A stretch of DNA of 64,000 nucleotides, taken from Candidatus Aminicenantes bacterium. GTDB taxonomy: Bacteria > Acidobacteriota > Aminicenantia > UBA2199. A model generated the notes under the pieces. That model made no database searches and was not told the DNA's origin. It saw only the letters and a program-made list of their open reading frames with translations. Both the position numbers and the translations under genes were made by a program. Positions 10,198 through 20,935 of this stretch are shown here, one piece after another (the stretch's first letter is position 1; the number at the start of each line of letters is the position of its first letter). Location: the NCBI GenBank assembly GCA_030610885.1, contig JAUWQW010000002.1, forward strand, positions 7,375-71,374, read 5' to 3'.

Positions 10198-12360
10198 ATG
10201 AAACGGATTTCCTCTTATATATTATTCCTTTTTGTGTTTTTAAGTTCTTGTTTTAACATTTTTACAGATGAGGGTATGTATCCTCTTAGTGAGATTTACA
10301 AACTTGATCTTAAGTCAAAAGGTTTTCAAATTAATGCAAAGGAATTATACAATCCTGATGGTATTAGTTTGGTTGATGGTATTATTAATTTGAGCGGATG
10401 CACAGCATTATTTGTTTCTTCAGATGGACTTATTTTAACAAATTATCATTGTGCTTTTCGTGCAATTCAAGGAGTAACAACAAAAGAAAGAGATTATATG
10501 CATTCTGGTTTTTTAGCAAAAAACAGATCTGAAGAATTACAAGCCAAGGGGTATACTTTACGTATTATTGAATCATACAAAGATGTTTCCAGGGAGGTAC
10601 TAAGTGCTGTAAGAAGGAAGATGAGCTTTGTAGAACAGACAAAGGCAATTGAAAAAAAGATAAAGAAGATTGTTGTAAGAACTGAAAAAAAACATCCTGG
10701 AAAACGAGCAGAAGTTGCAGAGATGTTTAAAGGAAAGACTTATGTTTTATTTATATACACCTATATAAAGGATGTTCGCCTTGTTTATTCTCCGCCTCGT
10801 TCAATTGGTGAGTTTGGAGGAGAGATTGATAATTGGATGTGGCCTCGCCATACAGGTGATTTTTCATTTATGCGTGCTTATGTAAGCCCTTATGGAAAAT
10901 CAGCTGACTACTCTTTAGAAAATGTGCCGTTTCATCCAAAAAAATATATAAAAATTGCTCCACAAGGTGTAAATAAAGGGGATTTTGTCTTTATGCTTGG
11001 ATATCCAGGTAGAACTTATAGACATAGTACTTCATATTTTTTTTCCTTTGAAGAAAACGTTCGTATGCCCTATGTTGTCGAATTATATAAAAAGATGATT
11101 TCAATTATGGAAAAAATGAGCAAAAAAGGTCGTTCAATTGCAATAAAGCTTGCACCTCGAATTAGAGGTTTATCAAATGCAGAAAAAAATTATAGAGGAA
11201 AATTAAAAGGCATGAAAAGATTAAATTTGGTTAAAAAAAGAAGAGAAGAAGAAAAAATGTTGCAAAACTTTATTAATGCTGATAAGAGGCATAAACATAG
11301 ATATGGTCATATTCTAAATAAGATATGTGACATTTATATAGAGAAAAGGATTTATGCAGAATATGATCAAGTGATGAAATACCTTTTGAGAAATTCAAAT
11401 TTACTTAATCTTGCTTTTAAGGTTTATAAATCCTCAATTGAACGAAAAAAACCTGATACTGAAAGAGATTCAGTATATATGGAACGCAACTTCTCTAGAA
11501 CAAAGGAGTTCATGCTTCTAAGTTTGAAAAATTTTCATGAACAAACCGATAAGATTATTTTTAAAGAGATGTTATTGCGAGCTTTTAATTTGAGAGGAAA
11601 TAAACGAATTCCAGCAGTTGATGAAATCGTAAGAAATGTAGAACCCGAAAAAGCTATTAATGCTTATATAGAAAATTCTTATAAGTTAACAAAAATAAAA
11701 AATAGAAATTTTTTGATCGGACTGTTTGGGAAATCTAAAGAACAATTAGATAAAATGGGAGACACATTTATTGTTCTGGCTAAGAATCTATATCCTGCTT
11801 ATAAAAAATTAAAAAAAAGAGAAAAAAGATATAAAGGGGCTCTTGATAATTTATTAGCTAAACTTATAGATGTAAAGAAACAATTCTTGGGAGGAGATTT
11901 TATTCCAGATGCTAATAGTACGTTACGCTTAACTTATGGCAGGATTAAAGGGTATTCACCTTCTGATGCTGTTTATTTTAGTCCATTTACAACCTTAAAG
12001 GGAATATTTGAAAAGAATACAGGAGAAATTCCTTTTTCTGTTCCACAAAAGGTTTTAGATCTTTATTATGAGAAAGATTTTGGATGCTTTAAACATAAAG
12101 ATTTAAATGATGTCCCAGTTGCAATGCTTTATGATATGGATACTACTGGGGGTAATTCAGGAAGTCCGGTCTTTAATTCTAAAGGGGAACTCGTTGGGCT
12201 TAATTTTGATCGTGTGTTTGAAGCAACGATAAATGATTACGCCTGGAATGAAAGTTACAGCCGCTCAATTGGAGTTGATATCAGATTTATACTCTGGTTC
12301 ACTCAAAAGTTTGGAGGAGCTGATTATATTTTAAAAGAAATGGATATAAAAAACATATAA
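10198..12360 (+). CDS. S46 family peptidase (dipeptidyl-peptidase 7/11-like), secreted
   Basis: Signal peptide. Catalytic-triad contexts LTNYHCAF, ...D..., DTTGGNSGSPVFN (serine) are typical of peptidase S46. AAGGAG RBS. Confidence 0.8.
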   Translation: MKRISSYILFLFVFLSSCFNIFTDEGMYPLSEIYKLDLKSKGFQINAKELYNPDGISLVDGIINLSGCTALFVSSDGLILTNYHCAFRAIQGVTTKERDYMHSGFLAKNRSEELQAKGYTLRIIESYKDVSREVLSAVRRKMSFVEQTKAIEKKIKKIVVRTEKKHPGKRAEVAEMFKGKTYVLFIYTYIKDVRLVYSPPRSIGEFGGEIDNWMWPRHTGDFSFMRAYVSPYGKSADYSLENVPFHPKKYIKIAPQGVNKGDFVFMLGYPGRTYRHSTSYFFSFEENVRMPYVVELYKKMISIMEKMSKKGRSIAIKLAPRIRGLSNAEKNYRGKLKGMKRLNLVKKRREEEKMLQNFINADKRHKHRYGHILNKICDIYIEKRIYAEYDQVMKYLLRNSNLLNLAFKVYKSSIERKKPDTERDSVYMERNFSRTKEFMLLSLKNFHEQTDKIIFKEMLLRAFNLRGNKRIPAVDEIVRNVEPEKAINAYIENSYKLTKIKNRNFLIGLFGKSKEQLDKMGDTFIVLAKNLYPAYKKLKKREKRYKGALDNLLAKLIDVKKQFLGGDFIPDANSTLRLTYGRIKGYSPSDAVYFSPFTTLKGIFEKNTGEIPFSVPQKVLDLYYEKDFGCFKHKDLNDVPVAMLYDMDTTGGNSGSPVFNSKGELVGLNFDRVFEATINDYAWNESYSRSIGVDIRFILWFTQKFGGADYILKEMDIKNI

Positions 12361-12431
12361 ATTATATAAAAAAATATATTTAATTACGTAAATTTGTCCA
12401 TTTATTTAAGGTCTGATTTTGTATAAATAAG

Positions 12432-12460
12432 TTGCATTTTATAAGACTTATTTGTATAAT
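12432..12460 (+). promoter_or_regulatory. sigma70-type promoter TTGCAT-N17-TATAAT upstream of serC
   Basis: TTGCAT 12432-12437, TATAAT 12455-12460. AGGAGG RBS before the ATG at 12495. Confidence 0.45.
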
Positions 12461-12494
12461 TAATTTTAATTAATATGTAGGAGGATATATTATT

Positions 12495-13568
12495 ATGAAT
12501 AAAAAATACAATTTTTATGCAGGTCCAGCTATTCTTCCCTTAGAAGTTATAAAAAAGGCTCAGGAAGAATTGTTGAATTTAAATGGAATTGGGCTTTCCA
12601 TTTTAGAGATCAGTCATAGGTCAAAAGATTTTGATGATATTATAAACACAGCAAAAGATAAGATCAGAAATATATTAAATATACCTGATAATTATTCAAT
12701 ATTATTCTTACAGGGTGGAGCTAGTTTTCAGTTTGCTATGATCCCAATGAATTTACTTAAGGGTGGAAAAGCTGATTATATAAATACTGGAGAATGGGCA
12801 AAGAAAGCAATTAAAGAAGCAAAACTTTTTGGAGATGTAAATATAGCTGGAAGTTCAGAAGATAAGAATTTTAATTATATTCCTGAAAATTTAAGCTTAA
12901 GTTCAGATGCATCATATGTACATTTAACATCTAATGAGACTATTGGAGGTATTCAATGGTCAGAATTTCCTGATACAGGTGATGTACCTTTAATAGCAGA
13001 TATGTCTTCAGAAATTTGTAGTAGGAGAATTGATGTCTCAAAATTTGGTTTGATATATGCGGGTGCTCAAAAGAATATAGGACCTTCTGGTGTGACTTTA
13101 GTGATTATAAGAGATGATCTTATTGAAAAAGGTGCAGATAATCTTGCTACAATGTTAAAATATAAAACTCATGCTGAAAAAAATTCAATGTTTAATACTC
13201 CCCCTTGTTTTGCAATTTATATAATAAAATTGGTTATGGAATGGATTGAAACAAAGGGTGGAATCACAGCATTAGAAGATATAAATGAAGAAAAAGCAAA
13301 GATTTTATACAATTTGATTGATAAAAGTAATTTATATAGAGGCACTGCTGAAATTAAAGATCGTTCAAGGATGAATGTGACTTTCAGGTTATCAACAGAG
13401 GAATTGGAAAATAAATTCTTACAAGAAACAGTTAAACAGGGGTTTCTTGGGCTAAAAGGACACCGTAGTGTTGGAGGGTGTCGTGCTTCTATATATAATG
13501 CCATGCCTATTGAATATGTAAATAAATTGGCTGATTTCATGGAAAATTTCGAAAATCATAATACATAA
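12495..13568 (+). CDS. serC: phosphoserine aminotransferase
   Basis: 357 aa. N-terminus YNFYAGPAILPLEVIKKAQEEL and overall class-V aminotransferase SerC pattern. Confidence 0.85.
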   Translation: MNKKYNFYAGPAILPLEVIKKAQEELLNLNGIGLSILEISHRSKDFDDIINTAKDKIRNILNIPDNYSILFLQGGASFQFAMIPMNLLKGGKADYINTGEWAKKAIKEAKLFGDVNIAGSSEDKNFNYIPENLSLSSDASYVHLTSNETIGGIQWSEFPDTGDVPLIADMSSEICSRRIDVSKFGLIYAGAQKNIGPSGVTLVIIRDDLIEKGADNLATMLKYKTHAEKNSMFNTPPCFAIYIIKLVMEWIETKGGITALEDINEEKAKILYNLIDKSNLYRGTAEIKDRSRMNVTFRLSTEELENKFLQETVKQGFLGLKGHRSVGGCRASIYNAMPIEYVNKLADFMENFENHNT

Positions 13569-13712
13569 TATTTATTTTATATTAAAGAAAGTATTTTTAG
13601 AAAATTTATTGTTAATTCTTTTTTAACTTATAAAAAAAGTTGACTTTTATCTAAAATCACACCATAATTAAAATAAGAGTTTCTTCAGAAATGAAAGAAG
13701 CTCATTTATTAA

Positions 13713-14633
13713 ATGAATGAGGAAGGAAATAAATTGGCCAATATACTGATTGTTGATGATGAAAAAGAGATACGTTCATATTTAACAGATCTTCTAACTG
13801 AAAATAATTTTAATGTTTTTACTGCTGGAAATGGAATGAAGGCGCTTGAAATAATTGATAAAAAAAAAATAGATATTGTTTTAGCTGATGTTGTGATGCC
13901 TAAAATGGATGGGATTGCATTAACACGTTCAATAAAGGAGATAAATCCTGATATACCTGTTATCTTAATGACAGCTTATGCATCAATTGAATATGCTGTT
14001 GAGTCAATGAAGGCAGGAGCTGCTGATTTTATAAGTAAGCCTTTTAAGATCAAGTATGCACTCTTTATTATAAAAAAGGTATTGGAAACAAAACGATTAA
14101 AAGAGAAAGCAAAAAAGACTGAATACTATAAAGAGCTTTCAAATATTGATGCTTTAACATCTATTCATAATTATCGTTTTTTTAAGGAAATGTTAGAAAA
14201 TGAGATAAAAAGACATAAGAGATATAAACGTGATTTAAGCTTTCTTCTGATTGATATAGATGATTTTAAGAGTATTAATGATACTTATGGGCATTTAACC
14301 GGTGATGTTGTGTTAAAAGAGATTGCTGAGTTACTTGATAATACAGTCCGGAATTCTGATCTTTTAGCTCGGTATGGAGGAGAAGAATTTGCAGTTATTC
14401 TTCCAGAAACCTCAGAAAAAGAAGCACTTATATTAGGTAAAAGGATTGTTTCTGTTATTGAGAATCATAAGTTCAAATCAGTTGCAGATGAACCTATTAT
14501 TAAAATCAGTGTAACTGTAGGGCTTACTTCTTTTCCAAAGAATGCTTCTAATTTAATACAATTAATTGAAAATGCTGACCAAGCTCTTTATGAAGGTAAG
14601 CGTTTAGGTAAAAACCGTATTACTGTTTTCTAA
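13713..14633 (+). CDS. response regulator with receiver and GGDEF (diguanylate cyclase) domains
   Basis: REC motifs ILIVDDE, phospho-acceptor context VLADVVMPKMDG. GGDEF active site RYGGEEFAVIL. Confidence 0.85.
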   Translation: MNEEGNKLANILIVDDEKEIRSYLTDLLTENNFNVFTAGNGMKALEIIDKKKIDIVLADVVMPKMDGIALTRSIKEINPDIPVILMTAYASIEYAVESMKAGAADFISKPFKIKYALFIIKKVLETKRLKEKAKKTEYYKELSNIDALTSIHNYRFFKEMLENEIKRHKRYKRDLSFLLIDIDDFKSINDTYGHLTGDVVLKEIAELLDNTVRNSDLLARYGGEEFAVILPETSEKEALILGKRIVSVIENHKFKSVADEPIIKISVTVGLTSFPKNASNLIQLIENADQALYEGKRLGKNRITVF

Positions 14634-14688
14634 CAGAATAAAAAACCTGGGGTCATAAAAACTCCGGTCCCATATCCTAAATCCAAAA

Positions 14689-15636
14689 TCACAAATGTAT
14701 TGTTGTTCCTTCTTTATTATCTAATGCAGCTTCTATACTATCTGCATTTGTAATAATGGCTGATCCATTTGTTTTTTCTACAAATTCAATTGCTGCTTCA
14801 ATTTTTGGTCCCATTGAACCAGGCGGGAATTGATTTTCATTCAAATATCTTTTTGCTTCCTCAACATTTATGTTGAATAAACTTTTTTCATCATGCTTTC
14901 CATAATTAAGACAAACATGAGGAACTCCAGTGAGTAGAAAAAAATGAGTTGCTTTGATTTTGAGTGCAACAAGACACGCAGTTCTATCCTTATCAATAAC
15001 AGCATCGACTAGCTCAAATGTATTATCTGGGTTTCTTTTTACTGGAATACCACCTCCACCTCCAACAATAATTACATTTGTGGTTTTAAAGGCATCCGGG
15101 ATGCTTGATGCTGAAAAAATTTTTATTGGTATAGGGGAAGGTACAACTCTTCTATATCCTCTTCCAGAATCTTCAATAAATGTCCAATCAGGAAATTTAT
15201 TTTTCATATCATCAGCTTCTAATTTTGTATAAAATGGGCCAATTGGTTTTGTGGGGTTTTTAAACGCGGGATCATTCGCACTTACTTCCACTTGACTTAC
15301 TATTGTTAAAACTTCCAATCTATTAATCTTTCTATTTATAGTATTGATAATTGCAAGTTCCAGCATTGTCCCTATTTCTGCCTGGGTTATTGCATCACAT
15401 AAAGCTAAACTTAAAGGAGGAATATCTTCTTTTTGTCCAGCAAGCTGTCTTAAATATACAATACCTACCTGTGGACCATTTCCATGTACAACAACAATAT
15501 TAAAATCTCTTTCCATAAGAATTTGTATAAGGTCTGCTGCTTTGTATGCTCTTTTCATCTGTTCATTGATCGGGGTTTTACCATCTGAAAGGAAATTTCC
15601 ACCAATAGCAACCACTACTACTTTTTTCTTTTTCAT
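14689..15636 (-). CDS. arcC: carbamate kinase
   Basis: 315 aa. KVVVVAIGGN and VVHGNGPQVG motifs of carbamate kinase. Confidence 0.8.
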   Translation of the reverse strand: MKKKKVVVVAIGGNFLSDGKTPINEQMKRAYKAADLIQILMERDFNIVVVHGNGPQVGIVYLRQLAGQKEDIPPLSLALCDAITQAEIGTMLELAIINTINRKINRLEVLTIVSQVEVSANDPAFKNPTKPIGPFYTKLEADDMKNKFPDWTFIEDSGRGYRRVVPSPIPIKIFSASSIPDAFKTTNVIIVGGGGGIPVKRNPDNTFELVDAVIDKDRTACLVALKIKATHFFLLTGVPHVCLNYGKHDEKSLFNINVEEAKRYLNENQFPPGSMGPKIEAAIEFVEKTNGSAIITNADSIEAALDNKEGTTIHL

Positions 15637-15720
15637 TTAGATACTCCTTTTAAGAAAAGATTGTTATTATAACCGATTATGAGTTCTTTAGTCAAATAAA
15701 ATAATATACTATTTACCATT

Positions 15721-15753
15721 AAAAGGCAGGGGTCCCCCATTTAACGGGGGACC
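15721..15753 (-). terminator. rho-independent terminator-like hairpin (8-bp GC stem GGTCCCCC/GGGGGACC, 7-nt loop), U-run on minus strand
   Basis: Perfect stem 15731-15738 / 15746-15753. Minus-strand continuation reads CCUGCCUUUUAAUGG. Lies 55 bp downstream of the FmdB-acyP-iorBA gene string. Confidence 0.45.
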
Positions 15754-15808
15754 TGTAATTTAGAGATGGGGGAGATATATTTATATTAAGGGGGGAGAGA
15801 TGGAAAGG

Positions 15809-16081
15809 CTATTTATGTGAAACATTTTTATTATTTTTAATTTTGTTATTTTTATTTTCAAGGTTTATGCTTTTTTTCGGATCAGGTTTAGAATTTGGAT
15901 TTTTCTTTTTATAATCAGTTTCATACCATCCTGTTCCTTTTAATTGAAAGGATGATATTGAAATCAATTTTTTTACATTACCGCTGCAATAAATACATTT
16001 TTTTAGAGGTTCAGAATTTATTTTTTGTAGAAGTTCAAAGGTTTTGTTGCATTTTTCACATTTGTATTCATATATAGGCAT
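15809..16081 (-). CDS. FmdB-family zinc-ribbon protein
   Basis: [16 protein letters not shown]...CIYCSG: two CxxC pairs at the N-terminus typical of the FmdB putative regulatory zinc ribbon. Lys/Asn-rich tail. Confidence 0.55.
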   Translation of the reverse strand: MPIYEYKCEKCNKTFELLQKINSEPLKKCIYCSGNVKKLISISSFQLKGTGWYETDYKKKNPNSKPDPKKSINLENKNNKIKNNKNVSHK

Positions 16082-16158
16082 TTTTTTCTCCCAAAACCTT
16101 ACGTATAATATTTTATATCACATACATTAAATATAGTCAATAAGCTACATCTATAAAT

Positions 16159-16431
16159 TTAAAAAATTATTTTAAAATCTGAGAATCTTTCTTTATAATC
16201 AAATTTATCTTTTATAACCTTCATTACTCTTGAAAGAGAGGGGCCATTATTCAGGAATTTTTCAAATTTTTTTATATTTTCTTCATCACCTTGAGCATAA
16301 ATCTCAACATCTCCATTAAAAAGATTTTTTACAGTACCATTGATAGACAGTTCTTTTGCACTTTTTTTTGCATAATATCTATAACAAACTCCTTGTACTC
16401 TTCCTTGAATAATATAATGTAAGGTTGTCAT
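16159..16431 (-). CDS. acyP: acylphosphatase
   Basis: 90 aa. IQGRVQGVCYRYYAKKSAKELSINGTVKNLFNGDVEI matches the acylphosphatase signature (VQGVxFR, GxVxNxxDGSV). Confidence 0.75.
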   Translation of the reverse strand: MTTLHYIIQGRVQGVCYRYYAKKSAKELSINGTVKNLFNGDVEIYAQGDEENIKKFEKFLNNGPSLSRVMKVIKDKFDYKERFSDFKIIF

Positions 16432-17003
16432 TTATTATAGTTATAGCCTCTTTCAAAAGCCTTTAAATTAAGGTCAATAAACTTAGGGGGCACATTTTTC
16501 TTAATTGTTTCAATCCATATTTTTTTGTTTATGTCCATATTAGAAGCAAGAACTCCAATAAGTACGATATTTGTAGCTTTAGAGTTACCTAACTCCTGAG
16601 CTATTTTTGTTGCAGGAATAATTATAAGTTCATTTGAATATTTTTTAAGATTTTCTATAATATCTTCAGGGTATTTGGCAAAACCTGCTGCAACTGTAAG
16701 AGGTTCCCAAATAAAATCATTCACCATAATTACGCCATTTTCACTTAAATAGTTTATATTTCTTAAAGCTTCAAGTTTTTCAAAGGATAATATATAATCA
16801 GTATTGTTTATTGAAGGTAAAGGTGATAATACCTCTTTTTCATCATACTTTATTGTAGCTATTACATCACCGCCTCTTTGGCTCATTCCATGTACTTCAC
16901 TCTTTTTCACATTAAACCCTGCTTCAAGTAAAACATCTGAGAGAAGATTGCTTGCGGTTAGAACACCCTGTCCTCCAACTCCACATATTATAATTGACTT
17001 CAT
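16428..17003 (-). CDS. iorB: indolepyruvate:ferredoxin oxidoreductase subunit beta (2-oxoacid:Fd oxidoreductase gamma-type)
   Basis: 191 aa. CGVGGQGVLTASNLL and MSQRGGDV motifs of the POR/KOR gamma family. 4-bp overlap with iorA. Confidence 0.75.
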   Translation of the reverse strand: MKSIIICGVGGQGVLTASNLLSDVLLEAGFNVKKSEVHGMSQRGGDVIATIKYDEKEVLSPLPSINNTDYILSFEKLEALRNINYLSENGVIMVNDFIWEPLTVAAGFAKYPEDIIENLKKYSNELIIIPATKIAQELGNSKATNIVLIGVLASNMDINKKIWIETIKKNVPPKFIDLNLKAFERGYNYNK

Positions 17004-18808
17004 TTTTTACCTCCATCTAAATATTCCTGAATGCTTACATCAGCTATATGTAATCCATTATTGTCTGTAAATTTAATTGCATCTACAGGACATACCTGAG
17101 AGCAGACTGTGCAACCTGTACATAGGTCTTCCACTATAAAAGCTTTTTCATTTTTAGTTGTTATTGCTGGACAACCTAATTTAAGACACATATTGCATTT
17201 TATACATTTTTCAGAATCTACTTGCATAGGTGACCATCTTGCTTTCTTATATAGTAAAATGCATGGACGTCTAACAATTATAACTGAAAGTTCTTCTCTA
17301 TCCAGTTCTCTCTTTAACAGGTCTTTTATGCCTTTAACATCATAACCATCTACTTCATATGTATGTTTAAGCTCAAGCCCATCCTTGATTAATTTAACCA
17401 GGTCAATCTTGTGTGTTTCTTCTCCCATGAGAGTTTTCCCTGTTCCGGGGTTATCCTGATGCCCTGTCATAGCAGTTATAGAGTTGTCTAATATTATTAC
17501 AGTTGATTTTCCCTTGTTGTAAATTATGTCATTTAAACCTGTTATCCCTGAATGGAAGAAAGTTGAGTCTCCGATGACTGCTGCCTGTTTTATCTTTTTG
17601 CCAGCTTTTTCAAGTGCTTTTTCTATTCCAAGTCCTACTGAAATGCTTGCACCCATACAAACACACGTATCCATTGCATTCAATGGAGGTAGTCCCCCGA
17701 GAGTGTAACATCCGATATCTCCAGTAACATATACTTTTTGTAGGTTCAGGTTGTAAAAAGTTGCTGTGTGAGGGCATCCTGCACATAAAGATGGAGGACG
17801 AATAGGTAAGGTTGAAATATCGAATTTTGGGGTTAAATCTTTTTTACCAAGTGTGGACAAAATAACATCAGGCATCATTTCACCATTTAGAGGAAACAGG
17901 TCTTTTCCGATAATTTCTTTTTCAGGAGCAGCCAATCTTGCAAAATTTTCAATAATTGGGTCATTTTCTTCTATAATGTAAATTTTGTCTACATTTTTTG
18001 CAAATTTAAGAAATAGTTTCTCTGGAAATGGGTATGGCATTGAAATTTTCAGGAACCATGCATCTTTAAACACTTCTCTTGCATATTGAAATGATATGCC
18101 AGAAGCTACAACTCCAATCTTTGAGTTACCCTTTATAATATAATTATATTTGAAGTTATTGCTGAATTCTTCAAGTTTTTTTTGTCTTTTCTCAACTTCA
18201 ACATGTTTCACTCTTGCCCTTGCAGGTAAAAGCATTCTCTTGATTGCATCCTTCTTGTATTCAATCTCAGGTATAGCTACTCTTTTGCCTAATTCTACGC
18301 TAGATTTTGAATGATCTACTCTTGTTGTCATTCTAAGCATGACTGGAGTGTTGTACTCTTCACTTATTTTTATCCCTTCAATAACAAAGTCTTTTGCTTC
18401 CTGTGAATCTGAGGGTTCAATAACAGGCATTTTTGCTGCAATTGCATAGTTACGGTTATCTTGCTCATTTTGAGAACTATGCATACCAGGGTCATCTGCA
18501 GAAACTATAATAAAGCCACCTGTTGTTCCTATATAACTTGCTGAAAATAGGGGGTCTGCAGCTACGTTTAAGCCTACATGCTTCATTGCTACAATTGATC
18601 TTGCTCCAGCAAAGCTTGCTCCTAAGGCTTCTTCCAGAGCTGTTTTTTCATTTGAGCCCCATTGGCAATATATATCGTCTTTGTACTTTGATATGTTTTC
18701 TAATATCTCAGTACTTGGTGTTCCAGGATATGCAGAAGCAAAAGTTATTCCTGCTTCATATGCACCCCTGGCTACTGCTTCATTCCCTGAAAGTAGTTCT
18801 TTTTGCAT
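17000..18808 (-). CDS. iorA: indolepyruvate:ferredoxin oxidoreductase subunit alpha
   Basis: 602 aa. N-terminus ELLSGNEAVARGAYEAGITFASAYPGTP, TPP-binding GDIGCYTLG, C-terminal 2x[4Fe-4S] CIKCNMC...CPAI and CTGCTVCSQVCPVDAI. Confidence 0.85.
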   Translation of the reverse strand: MQKELLSGNEAVARGAYEAGITFASAYPGTPSTEILENISKYKDDIYCQWGSNEKTALEEALGASFAGARSIVAMKHVGLNVAADPLFSASYIGTTGGFIIVSADDPGMHSSQNEQDNRNYAIAAKMPVIEPSDSQEAKDFVIEGIKISEEYNTPVMLRMTTRVDHSKSSVELGKRVAIPEIEYKKDAIKRMLLPARARVKHVEVEKRQKKLEEFSNNFKYNYIIKGNSKIGVVASGISFQYAREVFKDAWFLKISMPYPFPEKLFLKFAKNVDKIYIIEENDPIIENFARLAAPEKEIIGKDLFPLNGEMMPDVILSTLGKKDLTPKFDISTLPIRPPSLCAGCPHTATFYNLNLQKVYVTGDIGCYTLGGLPPLNAMDTCVCMGASISVGLGIEKALEKAGKKIKQAAVIGDSTFFHSGITGLNDIIYNKGKSTVIILDNSITAMTGHQDNPGTGKTLMGEETHKIDLVKLIKDGLELKHTYEVDGYDVKGIKDLLKRELDREELSVIIVRRPCILLYKKARWSPMQVDSEKCIKCNMCLKLGCPAITTKNEKAFIVEDLCTGCTVCSQVCPVDAIKFTDNNGLHIADVSIQEYLDGGKK

Positions 18809-18965
18809 TTTACCTCCTTTGGGTTTTTTGATAATATTTTTGTAAACAATACCTAAATTTAGGGGTTTTTTAACATTTTGTCAAGAAAATATTTCTATTT
18901 TGATTATGATAAAAGTCTTACATATATAATCAACCAGAATAAGTAATTGATTTCATGTAAGTTTA

Positions 18966-19637
18966 TTGATAAAATATTTTCAGAAACGGCTAATGAAAAA
19001 AATAATTTTTATTATTGTCATTTTTAATATTTTTAACTATTCAATCTTCTGTAAACAGAATAAAGTAAACTTTTCAATAAAAATAGAAGGATTTTATACA
19101 AAAATCACTGATGAATACTCTTGTGACCAATGGGAGGAAAAATTCACTTATAAAGGTAGCTTAGATGCAAAACCATATGTAATTTATGGGCTTTCTGTTA
19201 ATTATGGATTATATGGAAAAATATCTTTTCATATTGGATATAATTATGGAAAGAAAAGAATATCTAATTCATTTGAATTTCAAATCCCTAATCCCTGGTT
19301 TTATGATAAACAAAAAAATTATAAACAGGAAAACGAACCAATAGATTATAGAACACATATAATTGATTTAGGAGTAAGATACACTTTTTTGGAAAATAGA
19401 AAAATGTCATTTTATTTGCAAGGTGGAATATCATATTTTATTGTTAAATTTAGTACTTTTGATAATTGTGAATTTATATGGGAATATCCGGAAGGATTTA
19501 CAGTAAATAATTTTGTTTGTAAAAAATATTCTCCCAAAACTATTGGAATTAATCTTGGAACAGGAGTTATATACAATGTTTTAAAATTTAATGCTGGAAA
19601 TTTCTACCCATTTTTATGTTTAATAATAAAAATATAA
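18966..19637 (+). CDS. secreted hypothetical protein, possible outer-membrane beta-barrel; likely true start ATG 18993 (MKKIIFII...)
   Basis: Signal peptide after the internal Met. Alternating aromatic/hydrophilic pattern and C-terminal aromatic-rich end. Confidence 0.45.
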   Translation: MIKYFQKRLMKKIIFIIVIFNIFNYSIFCKQNKVNFSIKIEGFYTKITDEYSCDQWEEKFTYKGSLDAKPYVIYGLSVNYGLYGKISFHIGYNYGKKRISNSFEFQIPNPWFYDKQKNYKQENEPIDYRTHIIDLGVRYTFLENRKMSFYLQGGISYFIVKFSTFDNCEFIWEYPEGFTVNNFVCKKYSPKTIGINLGTGVIYNVLKFNAGNFYPFLCLIIKI

Positions 19638-19641
19638 GAAA

Positions 19642-20856
19642 ATGATTAAAATAAAAAAGATCAATATATTCATTATTCTTATAATATTGCTGATGAATTC
19701 CAATCTATTATTAAATGGTCAGATGTTTAGAATAATAATGCCTCAGCCTCAATTAGATGTAGATATATATTCTTATAATAAAATTTTTATAAAATGGGAT
19801 GAAATTAATATTGAGAAAAAAAAATTCGAATTTATAATCAGGATTATAAGAATTACAGGTATAAATGAAGAAATAATATCAGAATCAAATATTGCTGACA
19901 AAATATATATAGATGAAGATCTTGAACAAGGGATTCAATATAGTTATAAAGCGCATTTTATTTATCAGGGAGAAAAAATAAGTGATAATTCAGAAACTAT
20001 AAAAATAAGCTTACCTGTAACAGAATATAGTTTTTATGTAGCTGGTCATGTTTATGGAGTACCGGGTGTAAATAGTGATGGAGTTTATCATCCTTTTAAA
20101 AATAAATTTGATTATATAAATTATCATCCTTATATTGAATTTGGTGTGTTTACAGGAGATATTGTGATTACTTCCAATATATATAATTGGGATAAAATTG
20201 ATATAGATTTAGAATTATTAAATAAGCCAGTATATTTTTCTTATGGAAATCACGATTACACTGATCCCTCTTTATTAATTTCAAGATATGGTCCTACTTA
20301 TAAAAGCTTTATATATAATAATGATCTGTTTTTAATATTAAATAGTGAAATAGGTCCACACAATATAAAAGGTGATCAATTAAATTTTATAAAAAATGAG
20401 CTTGGTTCAGCAAATAATTTTCGAAATATTTTTGTTTTTGTTCATAGATTAATATGGATATCTGAGAATACTAAATATAAAATATTAGAAAAAAAAATTA
20501 ATAGTACTGTTGGTTATGATTTTAATTCTAATTTCTGGAATGAAATTGAGCCTTTATTTCATGGATTAAAAGCACAAGTTTATTTTTTTGCAGGTGACCT
20601 GGGTGTTTCATGGGCTCTTCCTGCTTTTTATGATCATTATGATAATATTTGTTTTATTGCCAGTGGTATGGGAGGAAATCCAGAAGAAAATTTTTTAATT
20701 GTAAATGTAACTAATGAAGATTTAATTATTGAAATGATAAGTTTGCAGGATATTCAATTTAAATTTAGTTCTATAAAAGACTATAACCTAAAAAATATAT
20801 CTAAAATAAAATTAGCAGAGCCTATTTTTCTTGAGGAACACGAATTAATTGATTAA
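19642..20856 (+). CDS. calcineurin-like metallophosphoesterase with N-terminal Ig/FN3-like region
   Basis: Metallophosphatase motifs GHVYG, GDIV, YFSYGNHDY, VFVHRL, GDLGVSW. Confidence 0.6.
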   Translation: MIKIKKINIFIILIILLMNSNLLLNGQMFRIIMPQPQLDVDIYSYNKIFIKWDEINIEKKKFEFIIRIIRITGINEEIISESNIADKIYIDEDLEQGIQYSYKAHFIYQGEKISDNSETIKISLPVTEYSFYVAGHVYGVPGVNSDGVYHPFKNKFDYINYHPYIEFGVFTGDIVITSNIYNWDKIDIDLELLNKPVYFSYGNHDYTDPSLLISRYGPTYKSFIYNNDLFLILNSEIGPHNIKGDQLNFIKNELGSANNFRNIFVFVHRLIWISENTKYKILEKKINSTVGYDFNSNFWNEIEPLFHGLKAQVYFFAGDLGVSWALPAFYDHYDNICFIASGMGGNPEENFLIVNVTNEDLIIEMISLQDIQFKFSSIKDYNLKNISKIKLAEPIFLEEHELID

Positions 20857-20935
20857 ATTAACTAAGAATAATAAATACCTGATCTTATTTTTCTCCTAAA
20901 AAAATTAAATTTTTTTATGAATTTGTTCGATCCAT

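Noticed and set aside
20866-20905. A/T-only palindrome (AAAAAAATTAAATTTTTTT) between convergent genes as a bidirectional terminator
   Set aside because: Stem would be exclusively A:T and thermodynamically weak; not reported as a feature.
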